Shown here: piece by piece, positions 9,161 through 19,288 of the stretch
Numbering within the stretch: the stretch's first letter is position 1
How the letters are laid out: each line of letters begins with the position of its first letter
Source: a virus
IMG/VR virus record: IMGVR_UViG_3300042893_000474
Span: 1 to 64,000 of that record
DNA: 64,000 bases
Reading direction: 5' to 3' (one strand)
Made by a program: the position numbers and the translations under genes
Notes under the pieces: model-generated
What the model was told of the DNA's origin: nothing
Seen by the model: only the letters and a program-made list of their open reading frames with translations
Database searches by the model: none

Positions 9161-9425
9161 TGACGATGACAAGCAGCTTATCACAGACCGAATGGACATT
9201 TGTCTCAACTGTCCCTACAACTCAAGAAATGCTAAAGTATCTTCCGAGTACATGGCTCTTACAGGTGTCCCATACTCTACTGGAAGAGCCGAATTCCACT
9301 GTGCGTTATGTGGTTGTGTCATCGAACTCAAAACAGCATGCTTAACTTGTAATTGTGGTATTGCCGACTGGAATTCTAAAAACTCTCAAAAGAAGTTATC
9401 TTTGAAGTGGACCAAAAAACCTTAA
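9051..9425 (+). CDS. Cys-rich (zinc-finger-like) protein
   Basis: RMDICLNCP, HCALCGC, CLTCNCG. Confidence 0.6.
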   Translation: MNPFADYMNLLKLGVKNADKIIEGISNKTLKEFNLLNDDDKQLITDRMDICLNCPYNSRNAKVSSEYMALTGVPYSTGRAEFHCALCGCVIELKTACLTCNCGIADWNSKNSQKKLSLKWTKKP

Positions 9426-9436
9426 CACCTACCTAT

Positions 9437-9589
9437 ATGAAAAAACCATCAATCAAATCAAAAGGTATTACAAACCTTAAAAAAGCATTCCGTATCCTTA
9501 ATGGTTGCGGAGGAAACAAAGGCACTAAGTGCGGAGTTGAAGTTTACTATATGCCTGCAGATAGTAAGCTCCAAGAAATTAACGCCTAA
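9437..9589 (+). CDS. small hypothetical protein
   Basis: ATG 9437, fills the gap between neighbours in the operon. Confidence 0.45.
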   Translation: MKKPSIKSKGITNLKKAFRILNGCGGNKGTKCGVEVYYMPADSKLQEINA

Positions 9590-9592
9590 ACT

Positions 9593-9796
9593 ATGACAAA
9601 ACAACCAACCAAACGTTTTGTACCTGAGAGTCAACCTACTTTCCAAGACAATTTGTTCATGGTAACAAAAGTCTTTTGGAAAGCAGGTTACTCTTATGGT
9701 AAAACGGGACGTAATGATGATTTCTATGCTCGAGTATTGGAGGATTTTGGTAATCTTCCTATCAACGAGTTTATAGCCAAATACGAAACACTATAA
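9593..9796 (+). CDS. hypothetical protein
   Basis: Tightly packed ORF in the operon. Confidence 0.55.
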   Translation: MTKQPTKRFVPESQPTFQDNLFMVTKVFWKAGYSYGKTGRNDDFYARVLEDFGNLPINEFIAKYETL

Positions 9797-9797
9797 C

Positions 9798-10115
9798 ATG
9801 GCACAGAAAAAACAAACTTACATCTCTGCCGAATTAGATTGGGCAGAAGAAAAACTTGCAGAGTGGAGACAGTATGTAGATGCTAATCCATTAAACTCAC
9901 TTAAAGATAGAGTAGAGTGGAAACCTACTGCTAAAGGGGGTGCTATACCTATGGTGATTGCATCCATTGAGCAACAGATTAAATCTATTCGAGATACTAT
10001 GAAAGAGTATCTTGCACTGCTTGATGTAGTAGATAAACTAAGAGAGAAGGAAGAAGCTAAACTTGAGATCAGAGGATCACAAGAGGTGAATGGTAAGATG
10101 AGTAAGTTTATGTAA
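9798..10115 (+). CDS. conserved helical protein upstream of TerL (possible terminase small subunit)
   Basis: Lies 1 nt before TerL; coiled-coil character; function inferred from position only. Confidence 0.5.
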   Translation: MAQKKQTYISAELDWAEEKLAEWRQYVDANPLNSLKDRVEWKPTAKGGAIPMVIASIEQQIKSIRDTMKEYLALLDVVDKLREKEEAKLEIRGSQEVNGKMSKFM

Positions 10116-10116
10116 T

Positions 10117-12117
10117 ATGCATTTAGATAGTCCAGAATTTTTTGTTAATGTTAAGTCTGTCCCCGATAAAGAGTCTTCTGAGTATGTTGCTTTTTGGGAA
10201 GCAGAAGATAAAAAGATAACTGAAGGTATTACCATCAATGGTTTTCACTTTTCTCCTTTTATCTATTGGCATTTAAATTACTGGTCTATTTATGTGGACA
10301 CTATGATAGGTAATAGGCAAGTTCGTAAACTTGACCGCCCACAACTATGGGATACCTATTTAGCTGTTGACGAAACAATACATAAAGCTGAGAATCATAT
10401 TGAAGGTAAGAAAGGCGTTGTAATGGTAGGGTCTCGACGTATTTCTAAATCAGTATTGACTTCATCGTATATTACCCATAAATCAGTTACCCAAAAAGGC
10501 AGTGATAATCTAATCTCAGCCTTGAATGGTCCTGACTTAAAAATTATAACTGAGTACGTAGACTTAGGTTTACGTAATCTTCCAGAGTACTTTAAGTTTC
10601 CCCGTATTGAGGACGATTGGAAACGGCAAGTAACTTTAGGATATAAAGACAAACAAAACGTAAGACATGAATGGTCTAAATTTCACATCCGAAACTTCGA
10701 TGAAGGTAACAATACGGAAGCAGCTGCTGGTCTTACTCTATCTTCTTTTCTCTTGGAGGAAGGAGGAAAAGGAAAGATTCTCAACTGCTTGGCGGCAACT
10801 ACTCCATGTTTTGATAGTCCATTTGGATGGCGTTGTTCTCCTTTTGTCATTGGGACTTCGGGAGATATGACAAGAGCGGGGGATCTTGAAGAATTATTCA
10901 ATAACCCTGAAGCATATAATTTTCTTTCTGTAGAATCTACAGAGTCTGGCAAATCTTATGGTTTGTTTATTCCAGGTACTAAATCATTAAAAGTTCCAAA
11001 AGAACCAAAATCTTTAGGACTTTACCTAGAGAAAGACTCCCCTTCTGAACTAGATAATGTTACAATTTGGGTATCCGATGAGGTAAAAGGAAGAGAACTT
11101 ATTTTAAAATCTCGTGAACAGATTAAAAAGTCAAGTGGTCTTGAAGCATATCTGAAAGAGATAATGTATTATCCTCTTACACATGAGGAATGTTTCCTTG
11201 AGTTATCGCAGAACATTTTCCCTGTAGATTTACTTCAAGAACAATTACAGAAAATAACTGCAGCTGATGCCAACCCAGATTATGTTGAGTTAGTTCAAAA
11301 GACTGATGGTACTATAACTCACAAGTTTACTGAAAAGAAACCAGTACAAACATTTCCTACAAAGCCTACTGATAACTTAGAAGGTGTAGTTCAGATTTGG
11401 GAATACCCTATTAATGGTGCACCCTATGGACTATATACAGCAGGGACTGACCCATATAAACAGTCTCAGGCTAAATACTCTACTTCATTAGGATCTACTT
11501 ACATATACAAACGTGTTCATGATATAGCTGGAGAAGGATGGCAAAACATTGTAGTAGCAGCATACACTGGGCGTCCTAGAAAAATTGAACAGTGGTATGA
11601 GTTAACTAAAATGCTTCTTAAGTATTATAATGCGAAGACTCTTTGTGAAAACATGGATATGGGTTTTATTCAGCATTGTATTGAAAAAAACGAATCAGCT
11701 TTCCACTTAGAACGTACTCCTTCTTTCTTGAATGATATTCATCCTAGTAGTGCAGTAAATCGTGAATACGGAATACACATGACTAGTGATATCAAAGACT
11801 ATTTAAACTCCCTAATCATTGAATACATTACTGAAGTCATTGACAGAGACGTAGACAAAGAAGGTAATGTCATTAAAGAAAGATTAGGGGTAACTCGAAT
11901 CTTAGATCCCCTACTATTAAAGGAGTTGATTAAGTTCACCCCTAAGTTAAACGTGGATAGGGTTATTTCATTTGGACTTACTTTGGCAATGGCAAAATCT
12001 TTAAATGGAAAGTCTATTGTAGTGTCTTCTACAGAAGATGCACGCATGCAAGATTACTTCAAAACATCAAAATCGAAACAACTTTTTAGGACAACTAGAA
12101 ACCCTTTTAGGTACTAA
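10117..12117 (+). CDS. terL: terminase large subunit
   Basis: Walker A-like GSRRISKS, Walker B FLLEEGG, RNase H-like nuclease GTDPY...NVDRV; followed by portal. Confidence 0.92.
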   Translation: MHLDSPEFFVNVKSVPDKESSEYVAFWEAEDKKITEGITINGFHFSPFIYWHLNYWSIYVDTMIGNRQVRKLDRPQLWDTYLAVDETIHKAENHIEGKKGVVMVGSRRISKSVLTSSYITHKSVTQKGSDNLISALNGPDLKIITEYVDLGLRNLPEYFKFPRIEDDWKRQVTLGYKDKQNVRHEWSKFHIRNFDEGNNTEAAAGLTLSSFLLEEGGKGKILNCLAATTPCFDSPFGWRCSPFVIGTSGDMTRAGDLEELFNNPEAYNFLSVESTESGKSYGLFIPGTKSLKVPKEPKSLGLYLEKDSPSELDNVTIWVSDEVKGRELILKSREQIKKSSGLEAYLKEIMYYPLTHEECFLELSQNIFPVDLLQEQLQKITAADANPDYVELVQKTDGTITHKFTEKKPVQTFPTKPTDNLEGVVQIWEYPINGAPYGLYTAGTDPYKQSQAKYSTSLGSTYIYKRVHDIAGEGWQNIVVAAYTGRPRKIEQWYELTKMLLKYYNAKTLCENMDMGFIQHCIEKNESAFHLERTPSFLNDIHPSSAVNREYGIHMTSDIKDYLNSLIIEYITEVIDRDVDKEGNVIKERLGVTRILDPLLLKELIKFTPKLNVDRVISFGLTLAMAKSLNGKSIVVSSTEDARMQDYFKTSKSKQLFRTTRNPFRY

Positions 12118-12216
12118 ACTAGACTTATTTTAAAAATTTAAGTAGCAAAATTAAGATTTGGTATTATTTTTACGCCTAGTTATACTTTAAAAGTTAATAC
12201 CTTAACATCCATTGTT

Positions 12217-14667
12217 ATGATCATAGAATCACTAAAAGAGTACACAGATCCACTAAACCACGCATACTTTTATCCAGAGCAATTTGTCTCTGCAAGCAAG
12301 AAACAAAAGCCCCGCTGGATTAAGTCAACGCTAGATTATTTTGCAAATATTGCATTTGCTCAGTATAGGGAGAACGTTAAGTTTCGTAAAAACTATCGTC
12401 TTTTCAATGGCGAGTTTAACTTTGACGATTATAATAATGAGCCTCAGATTAAAGAAATCATTAATTACTTATCAGACACTCCTGACCAGGAGCCAGAAAT
12501 CCCACAACATCTTAGACACTACCCCATTGTTAACCCTCCTATTAATCAATTAAAAGGAGAGTTAATCAATCGTCCTTTCAAGTATAAGGTAAAGGCAGTA
12601 GACGATGCAAGTGTAGATGAGAATATTGATTTCCGTACAGACTTGATTAAAGAGTTCTTTATGAATAAGATGGCAGCTCGTTTAGAAGGAGTGCCTGAAG
12701 AACAATTAGAACAAATCCAACAGGAGATGATGGTAGAAATTCAAAATAAGATTTTGGATTATACCTCAACTGCTGAAGAGTGGGGTAATAAAATATTAAA
12801 TGCCTTAAAGTATAGTTTCCGTTTAAAAGAAAAGTCTAGTCAATCTTTCTTAGATTTTTTAATTACAGGACAAGAGTTTCACCACTTTTACCCAGACAAC
12901 TCACGTATTGGCTTTAATTATAAAGTAGAGAATCCTTCTAACGTATGGTACTTAGCAAATCGTAATGCTATGTATACAAGTGATTGTTGGGCATTGGGAA
13001 CTATTGAAGTATTATCTATGTCTGAAATAGTAGACAGATTTAATCTTTCAGGTGAAGAAGTTAAACATCTGAACGATGATTCTCTTCAAAATCTTCGTAA
13101 CAACGAATATTCTCCATTATCCCCAGCACTTCCAAACCCTAACGATCCTTTGTGGCAGTTAACTTTTGAGAACGTAGGTGACTTTGCTAGTGGAGGTATA
13201 GATACTAATGTATTCTCTTTTAACTCTCAGCATGCATTTACAGTAGTCACTTGTTATTGGCAGTCTAAGAAAAAAGTATTTAAACGCCAATACATAGATG
13301 AAGAAGGATACATGCAAGAGCAGTTTGTTTCTGAAGACTATAAGTATGACAAAACAATGGGGGACATTGCCCTTGATGAGTTATGGATTAATGAATGGTG
13401 GAAAGGCGTTAAGATTGGTGCAGATATTTACATTGATGTAGAACCTTTAGAGTATAGCCAAACTCCTCCAATTGTTGGTATTATAAATACTACTAGAAAC
13501 ACTCAAGGTAAGTCTCTACTTGATTTACTTAAGCCTTACCAAGTCCTTTACAACATTTGTATGAATCAGTTGTGGGAACTTCTTGAAAAAGAGATTGGTG
13601 TTGTATTCTTAGGTGACCTTAAAGTAGTGCCTAAGAAAGATTCACAAGACCCAATTGAAACAATGTTGTGGAATGCAAAGAACAGAGGTTCTTTGTTTAT
13701 CGATACATCTCCAGAAAATACAGGAGGAGCAGTTCAGTTTAACCAATTATCTCGTGTAGACTTAACTAGAACTGCAGAAATACAATCACGTATTCAGTTA
13801 GCTCAAGCATTAAGAACTGAAGCATACGAACTGGTAGGTATCACTCGTCAAAGACTTGGGTCAATGACTCCTTCAGAAACAGCTACTGCTACTAAAGAAG
13901 GATTAGCTCAATCATTTGCTCAAACAGAAACATGGTTTGCTTGGCATGACAACGTAATGCAACAAGTATATCAAACAATGCTTGAGATGGCGCAATACAC
14001 AGAATTGCAAAAACCAACTTCTACTTTAAACTATCTAAACTCAGAACTAGAGACTGTATTTTTACGTATAACTAAGAATGAGTTGCTTCGTGAGTTGTTT
14101 GTATTTGTGACTTCATATGCTGAAGACAGAGTAACTCTAGAACAGTTAAGATCATTAGCACAACCAGCGCTTCAAAACGGAGCAGAGCTTATTGAGATAT
14201 TTGATTTGTATACTGCTGCATCAGAACGTTCATTGCGTAAGGTACTTGAAGGAGTACAAGAACGCAAATCTTCTATGCAACAACAACAAATGCAACAACA
14301 GCAGCAACAAATGGAAATGCAAAATCAGCAGTTCCAAGCTAAGATGCAAGCTGAAGGTCAACAAAAAGAAGCTGAAGCACAACGTGAGGATATGAACAAA
14401 GAACTTGACCGTCAGAATAGACTTGACGTAGAGCGTCTACGTGGTATTGCTAATGAAGGTTCATTCTCACAAGAAAAAGACTTGACTCCATTACTTATTC
14501 AACAAACCAACATGGCTAAAGAACAATCTAAGCTAAGGTTTGAGCAATCTAAGAATGAAGAACAAAATAAACTAAAGAGTAGAGAGCTTGACTTAAAGGA
14601 GAAGGATATAGATACTAAGCTCCAAATAGCCAAGCAAAACAAAAATAAATATGATAAAAAGAGATAA
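12217..14667 (+). CDS. portal protein (crAss-type)
   Basis: 816 aa after TerL; LRHYPIVNPPINQLKGE N-terminal motif; Q/M-rich coiled-coil C-terminus. Confidence 0.88.
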   Translation: MIIESLKEYTDPLNHAYFYPEQFVSASKKQKPRWIKSTLDYFANIAFAQYRENVKFRKNYRLFNGEFNFDDYNNEPQIKEIINYLSDTPDQEPEIPQHLRHYPIVNPPINQLKGELINRPFKYKVKAVDDASVDENIDFRTDLIKEFFMNKMAARLEGVPEEQLEQIQQEMMVEIQNKILDYTSTAEEWGNKILNALKYSFRLKEKSSQSFLDFLITGQEFHHFYPDNSRIGFNYKVENPSNVWYLANRNAMYTSDCWALGTIEVLSMSEIVDRFNLSGEEVKHLNDDSLQNLRNNEYSPLSPALPNPNDPLWQLTFENVGDFASGGIDTNVFSFNSQHAFTVVTCYWQSKKKVFKRQYIDEEGYMQEQFVSEDYKYDKTMGDIALDELWINEWWKGVKIGADIYIDVEPLEYSQTPPIVGIINTTRNTQGKSLLDLLKPYQVLYNICMNQLWELLEKEIGVVFLGDLKVVPKKDSQDPIETMLWNAKNRGSLFIDTSPENTGGAVQFNQLSRVDLTRTAEIQSRIQLAQALRTEAYELVGITRQRLGSMTPSETATATKEGLAQSFAQTETWFAWHDNVMQQVYQTMLEMAQYTELQKPTSTLNYLNSELETVFLRITKNELLRELFVFVTSYAEDRVTLEQLRSLAQPALQNGAELIEIFDLYTAASERSLRKVLEGVQERKSSMQQQQMQQQQQQMEMQNQQFQAKMQAEGQQKEAEAQREDMNKELDRQNRLDVERLRGIANEGSFSQEKDLTPLLIQQTNMAKEQSKLRFEQSKNEEQNKLKSRELDLKEKDIDTKLQIAKQNKNKYDKKR

Positions 14668-14712
14668 CAATCTTCTTTTATCTATATTCATACACTCACT
14701 TTTTCTAACCTA

Positions 14713-14742
14713 TTGTGTTAATTTTTTAAACGATTAACTTTG
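14713..14742 (+). promoter_or_regulatory. Bacteroidota-type promoter for capsid genes
   Basis: TTG 14713-14715, 19-nt spacer, TAACTTTG 14735-14742. Confidence 0.7.
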
Positions 14743-14770
14743 AAACCAGACAAACCAACCACCCATTGTC

Positions 14771-15961
14771 ATGAATAATAACCCAGAAAACGACCAATTA
14801 GGTTTAGACAACCTAGAGTTCTTTGAAAATTTTGCTACTGAAGATTTACTAGAAGATCCTCAGTTTGACCCAAACGCTAATCTTGCCCCTGATATTTTGT
14901 CAGGAGAGAAGATGGACTTAGAAGATGAAGACCTTCCTTTAGGAGGTCAAACGAAATCAACTGAGCCTGATGCCTCTACTTTAAAAGAAGAAGTTGTCCC
15001 AGACAATTTACTTGAAGACGAGGAAGAAGAACCAGCTGCTCAACCAGATGCCCTAGCGAATGAAGATGACGAGGAAGTTAACTACTATGAAGCATTTGGA
15101 AAAGGACTCCTCCGCTCAGGTCACTTTGACCTAGGAGAAGAACTAGATCCAGATCAAATAGAGTGGACAGAAGAATCTTTCTTAGATATGATGTCTGCAA
15201 CTGTAGAAAACAAAGCTTGGAAACAACTAGAAGAAATTGCTACTGAGGCTTACGGCCAAGAAGGACTAGAGTTAGTAAAAGATCTTTTTATTAACAAAGT
15301 TCCAGTACAGCAGTATCTAGCTAAGTACAACGAACAAGTTGCTCTTGAGAATGTAGATTTAACTAATCCTCAAAACCAAGAAGCAATCTTCCGTGAGTAC
15401 CTTAGCCGCACAGGTCTAGATGCCGATGAGATTGAAGAACAGTTAGAGTATGCTGTGAAGACAAACAAATTAGAAAACTTCTCTGAAAAATACTACGTAA
15501 AATTACTTGACCGTAGTAAACAAGAAAGAGAAGCTTTGGCTGAACAGAGTGCTCAACGTCAAAGAGAGATTCAAGAAAGAGAAAATACAAGACAAGAGTC
15601 TTATATTAAAACTCTTGAAGACGCAATTAAAGTAGGAGATATTAATGGATATCCCATTAATCAAAACGAAGCTTCTACCTTGTTTGATTATGTAACTAGT
15701 AAAAACTACCAGTTACCTAACGGACAAAAGATTAGTGAGTTTGAGTTTACTCTAGCTAAGATGCGTCAAGATGATCCTCAGAAATTTTTAGCAGTAGCAA
15801 GATTAGTTCAATCTAACTTAGACCTAGCTCCCATAAAGAAAAAAGGTGTAAGTGAAGAGACAAACTCAATTTTCAAAGAATTGCAAAACAAGTCTAAAAA
15901 AGGACCTAAAGGAGAACCTAGGAAAGAGACCCAACTCTTTAGTAATTTCTTCGGAAGGTAA
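14771..15961 (+). CDS. putative capsid scaffolding protein
   Basis: Highly acidic N-terminus, helical, located between portal and MCP. Confidence 0.65.
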   Translation: MNNNPENDQLGLDNLEFFENFATEDLLEDPQFDPNANLAPDILSGEKMDLEDEDLPLGGQTKSTEPDASTLKEEVVPDNLLEDEEEEPAAQPDALANEDDEEVNYYEAFGKGLLRSGHFDLGEELDPDQIEWTEESFLDMMSATVENKAWKQLEEIATEAYGQEGLELVKDLFINKVPVQQYLAKYNEQVALENVDLTNPQNQEAIFREYLSRTGLDADEIEEQLEYAVKTNKLENFSEKYYVKLLDRSKQEREALAEQSAQRQREIQERENTRQESYIKTLEDAIKVGDINGYPINQNEASTLFDYVTSKNYQLPNGQKISEFEFTLAKMRQDDPQKFLAVARLVQSNLDLAPIKKKGVSEETNSIFKELQNKSKKGPKGEPRKETQLFSNFFGR

Positions 15962-15990
15962 AAACTAAGCACACATAAACAAAAAATAAA

Positions 15991-17520
15991 ATGCCTAATC
16001 AATCCATTACCAGAGTTAACGGACGCGTTATAGCTAACGCCCACGTTACCAGCTCATACTATTCTAAGAATAGTTTGGGTAAACTGACTGACAAGAACTT
16101 TGTCGAGTCAATGTTGAAAACTAAGCCAGACCAGTATGACAAAGTTATGTTGCGTCTGTTTACTGACACTCGCTTGTATTCTAACGACTTGTTGGATCTT
16201 GTGATGAAGAACGGTAAACCTTTCATGGTTAACGATCCTAACGGAGTCTTCACTTACAAAATCAAGAAGCGTGCTGAATTGCCAAAGATCATTGCGAACT
16301 TTGCTACTACGTTAGCAAAACCAGGTATCGATGGACAAGAATTTGAAATCGTATTTGACAAACAAGGGTTTGTTGTAAACGATATCATTTCTGCACACCG
16401 TTATGAGCAAGAGACTTTGGTACAAATCGTATCTGAGCCTGAGCGTTATCAAAACGGATTCAAGTATCGTTGTCGTGCCGTTGCCGCTAGTAGCACTGAT
16501 TTTGTTAACCAACGTTTCTTGGTTATCGGAACTGAGTACTTCAAAGTAGGTAACGTGTTAGGTGAATTCACTACTTCATTCTCTAGCTTGGGATTGTTTG
16601 ACGGTGAGTTGGAAGTTATGGCTGACGTATTAAGTCAATATGGTGTTGAACACACTATCACTGACTGGGCTGATGCTACTAAACTTGGTATGCAGACTGA
16701 TGCAACTGGCAATCCTATGGATTTGACTTACTACACTTTGACTGATCCTACTGCACAAGCAGAAAAGACTAAGATTGTAGGTTGGGAACCAACAGTATCT
16801 CGTTTGTTGCGTATGGAAATGATGCGCATGAAAGCAAACATGATCATGTGGGGTCGTCAAGGTCAAACCAAAGACGAAAGAGGTCGCTCTACTCGTATGA
16901 AGCAAGGTTTGTGGCAGCAATTGCACTTGGGTAACATCATCCAATACGATCGTGGTCAGTTCTCTTTGAACTTACTTCGTACTGCAATTGGTGATTTGTT
17001 CTACAACCGTGTATTGATTGCTGATCGTAAAGTAAAAGTTTACACCAACCGTTCAGGTATGGAGTTGGCTTCTACTGCTATCAAAAAAGACTTTAACAAT
17101 GCAAACTTCATGGTTTCTGCTGATAAGTTTATGGATGGTAAAGATCGTTTGAAGCAAGGTTATGCTTTCCAATTCGACCACTACATGACTACTGAAACTG
17201 GTCCTGTTGAATTCGTTGAACTAGAGCAATTGAACATGCATGCTACTTTCTTGGAACTTGGTCCAAATAAGAAAACTCCTCCAATCTTTATCGTACTTGA
17301 CGTATCTGGTCAAGAAGATTCAGGTATCCGTGAGGTGAAATTGTCTACTCGTCCTAACATGTACTATCAGTACATCCCAGGTTCAGTAGGCTTTGGAAGT
17401 CAACAAACTGTAATTGCTAACAAAGATCCTTATAGCACTTACATTATGAAAGACTTCTGTGGTGTCTTCTTGGAAGATCCATCTCGTACTGTAATCATTA
17501 AAGAATATCCACGTCTCTAA
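15991..17520 (+). CDS. major capsid protein (crAss-type HK97 fold)
   Basis: 509 aa, strongly biased high-expression codons, position after scaffold, C-terminal DFCGVFLEDPSRT. Confidence 0.85.
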   Translation: MPNQSITRVNGRVIANAHVTSSYYSKNSLGKLTDKNFVESMLKTKPDQYDKVMLRLFTDTRLYSNDLLDLVMKNGKPFMVNDPNGVFTYKIKKRAELPKIIANFATTLAKPGIDGQEFEIVFDKQGFVVNDIISAHRYEQETLVQIVSEPERYQNGFKYRCRAVAASSTDFVNQRFLVIGTEYFKVGNVLGEFTTSFSSLGLFDGELEVMADVLSQYGVEHTITDWADATKLGMQTDATGNPMDLTYYTLTDPTAQAEKTKIVGWEPTVSRLLRMEMMRMKANMIMWGRQGQTKDERGRSTRMKQGLWQQLHLGNIIQYDRGQFSLNLLRTAIGDLFYNRVLIADRKVKVYTNRSGMELASTAIKKDFNNANFMVSADKFMDGKDRLKQGYAFQFDHYMTTETGPVEFVELEQLNMHATFLELGPNKKTPPIFIVLDVSGQEDSGIREVKLSTRPNMYYQYIPGSVGFGSQQTVIANKDPYSTYIMKDFCGVFLEDPSRTVIIKEYPRL

Positions 17521-17537
17521 TCTAGACGGTCTTTAGA

Positions 17538-17563
17538 AGGGGAGGGTTTTACGACTCTCCCCT
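17538..17563 (+). terminator. GC-rich hairpin after the MCP gene (terminator or stabiliser, no U-tract)
   Basis: AGGGGAGGGT / ACTCTCCCCT stem. Confidence 0.55.
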
Positions 17564-17603
17564 AATAAGGATAATAGATTAACTAAAACAATCAACCAAA
17601 ATA

Positions 17604-18545
17604 ATGAAAGGACAACAATTAGCACGCGGAACCAAGGTTATTAAACCTAGTCGCAAAGAACCTGCAAACTCGAGGAGTTTGGAGGGGTCGTTGTACAGGG
17701 AAGGACTTAACTTCATCCCAGGTACAGCAAAAAAGTTTTATCCTCGTGTTGACTCACGTGGAGTAATTCGAACAGGACTTGATGAAAACGCAATGAAATT
17801 GCGGACGATTGAAAACCCTGAAGTTAGAGAGCAAGAGATGCAACGTATTAAGTCTTTAAAAACTTACTACGAATCTATTTTAGATGAATCTCTTGAACCT
17901 ACAAGTACGTTCTATGACGAAATAAAAGAAAGTGGGTACACTTTGGAAGACGGTGACAACATCTTCAATCTAGAAAATCCCCGTGATGCAATTAACTTTT
18001 TCTGGTTACTTGAAACGGATATGATTGCTCCTAGTATGGAAGATCTTGAAACTGGCAAGATGGATGGATCTGTTGTGCGTTTTTATGTACATGATGGTGA
18101 AGTAGAATCTAAGACTGCCTTTGAGCGTAAGAAGAGGATTAATAGTGCTATTGCTGCATTAGATAAAATGACTTCAGTAAAACGTAAGAAAGTTCAAAAG
18201 CTTTTAGGTTTAGGATTGCCAGGAGACTCTAGCGAAGAAGATGTTTATAATGCTCTTGATGAGTATTTGCATATTCCAGCTACTGCACTTGACCAAGACC
18301 CTATCAATGCGTTTACGAAAATCACAAACTACAGTGATGAGACCTTAGCAATTAAGAGCTTAATCCGTGAGTTGATTGACTACAACGTAATAAGAGTTAA
18401 AGGTTCTATTGTGTATGAAGGTGAACACATTTGGGCTAAATCAATAGAAGAGTTAGAACTTATATTGGTTGACCCTAAAAACACCGAAGTATACGATTCC
18501 TTTAAAGACAAAGTAAAAAATAAAATGAAACTATCCGTTATCTAA
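17604..18545 (+). CDS. conserved crAss-like capsid-module protein
   Basis: Position immediately after MCP; synteny-based call. Confidence 0.6.
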   Translation: MKGQQLARGTKVIKPSRKEPANSRSLEGSLYREGLNFIPGTAKKFYPRVDSRGVIRTGLDENAMKLRTIENPEVREQEMQRIKSLKTYYESILDESLEPTSTFYDEIKESGYTLEDGDNIFNLENPRDAINFFWLLETDMIAPSMEDLETGKMDGSVVRFYVHDGEVESKTAFERKKRINSAIAALDKMTSVKRKKVQKLLGLGLPGDSSEEDVYNALDEYLHIPATALDQDPINAFTKITNYSDETLAIKSLIRELIDYNVIRVKGSIVYEGEHIWAKSIEELELILVDPKNTEVYDSFKDKVKNKMKLSVI

Positions 18546-18554
18546 TAACTAAAG

Positions 18555-19271
18555 ATGATACCAGTAGAAGAGTTGATATACGAATTTAAGTTAAACTTAA
18601 ATAAGATGGACAGGCAAGATAATGTGCAAGTCCCTCTAGAAGATATTTTGGTTTTTTTAAATCAGGCTCAAATCTCATGGATAAAATCTAAAGTAGGAGA
18701 AAATAATATTTTCAGAGACGGTTACGAAGGGACTAGAAAGAGAATTGATGACTTACAAGTATTAAAAGTTAACGATGCCTCTTTAACACTACAAAAAACA
18801 ACAGACGTTCTTTATAAAGGTTACAAAGCTGATTTAAAAACTATTCCAGATTACATGATGTACGTAATGTCTCATGTAGGTGCTAGGAAAGAAGATTGTA
18901 AAGCAGGTTTAACAGTAGATTTAATAAGACAAAACGATCTGTCAAGTTTATATTTTGATGCAAACTTTAGCCCCTCCTATGAATGGAGAACGACATTAGC
19001 GACTATAGGCCAAGATAACATCATAGTATACACTGACGATACGTTTGAAATTGAGAATCTTTATCTTACTTATCTAAGATATCCAATGCCGATTGATTCA
19101 GAAGGCTACATCAAAATAGATGGATTGGATTCAAGTAAGCAAGACTGTGAACTTCCTTATTATGCTAAACCAGATATTCTGAATTTAGCTACTAAGTTTG
19201 CCGCACAATCAGTAGACAATCAAGCTCAATCAACCTTTGCAGAGGACAGAAGTGTTAAAAATACAGAATAA
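18555..19271 (+). CDS. putative tail ring/adaptor protein
   Basis: FLNQAQ...YLRYP...CELP pattern typical of crAss ring proteins. Confidence 0.65.
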   Translation: MIPVEELIYEFKLNLNKMDRQDNVQVPLEDILVFLNQAQISWIKSKVGENNIFRDGYEGTRKRIDDLQVLKVNDASLTLQKTTDVLYKGYKADLKTIPDYMMYVMSHVGARKEDCKAGLTVDLIRQNDLSSLYFDANFSPSYEWRTTLATIGQDNIIVYTDDTFEIENLYLTYLRYPMPIDSEGYIKIDGLDSSKQDCELPYYAKPDILNLATKFAAQSVDNQAQSTFAEDRSVKNTE

Positions 19272-19288
19272 ACTAAAACTATAAAAAA

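Noticed and set aside
12151-12190. Promoter upstream of portal
   Set aside because: No clean TAnnTTTG at the proper spacing; not called
14275-14345. Poly-Gln/CAA tract as a tandem repeat or phase-variable locus
   Set aside because: Imperfect codon-level repeat in the coiled-coil portal tail; ordinary low complexity
10117-17520. Introns, inteins or homing endonucleases in TerL/portal/MCP
   Set aside because: ORFs are contiguous and of ordinary size; no intein or HNH/LAGLIDADG motifs seen
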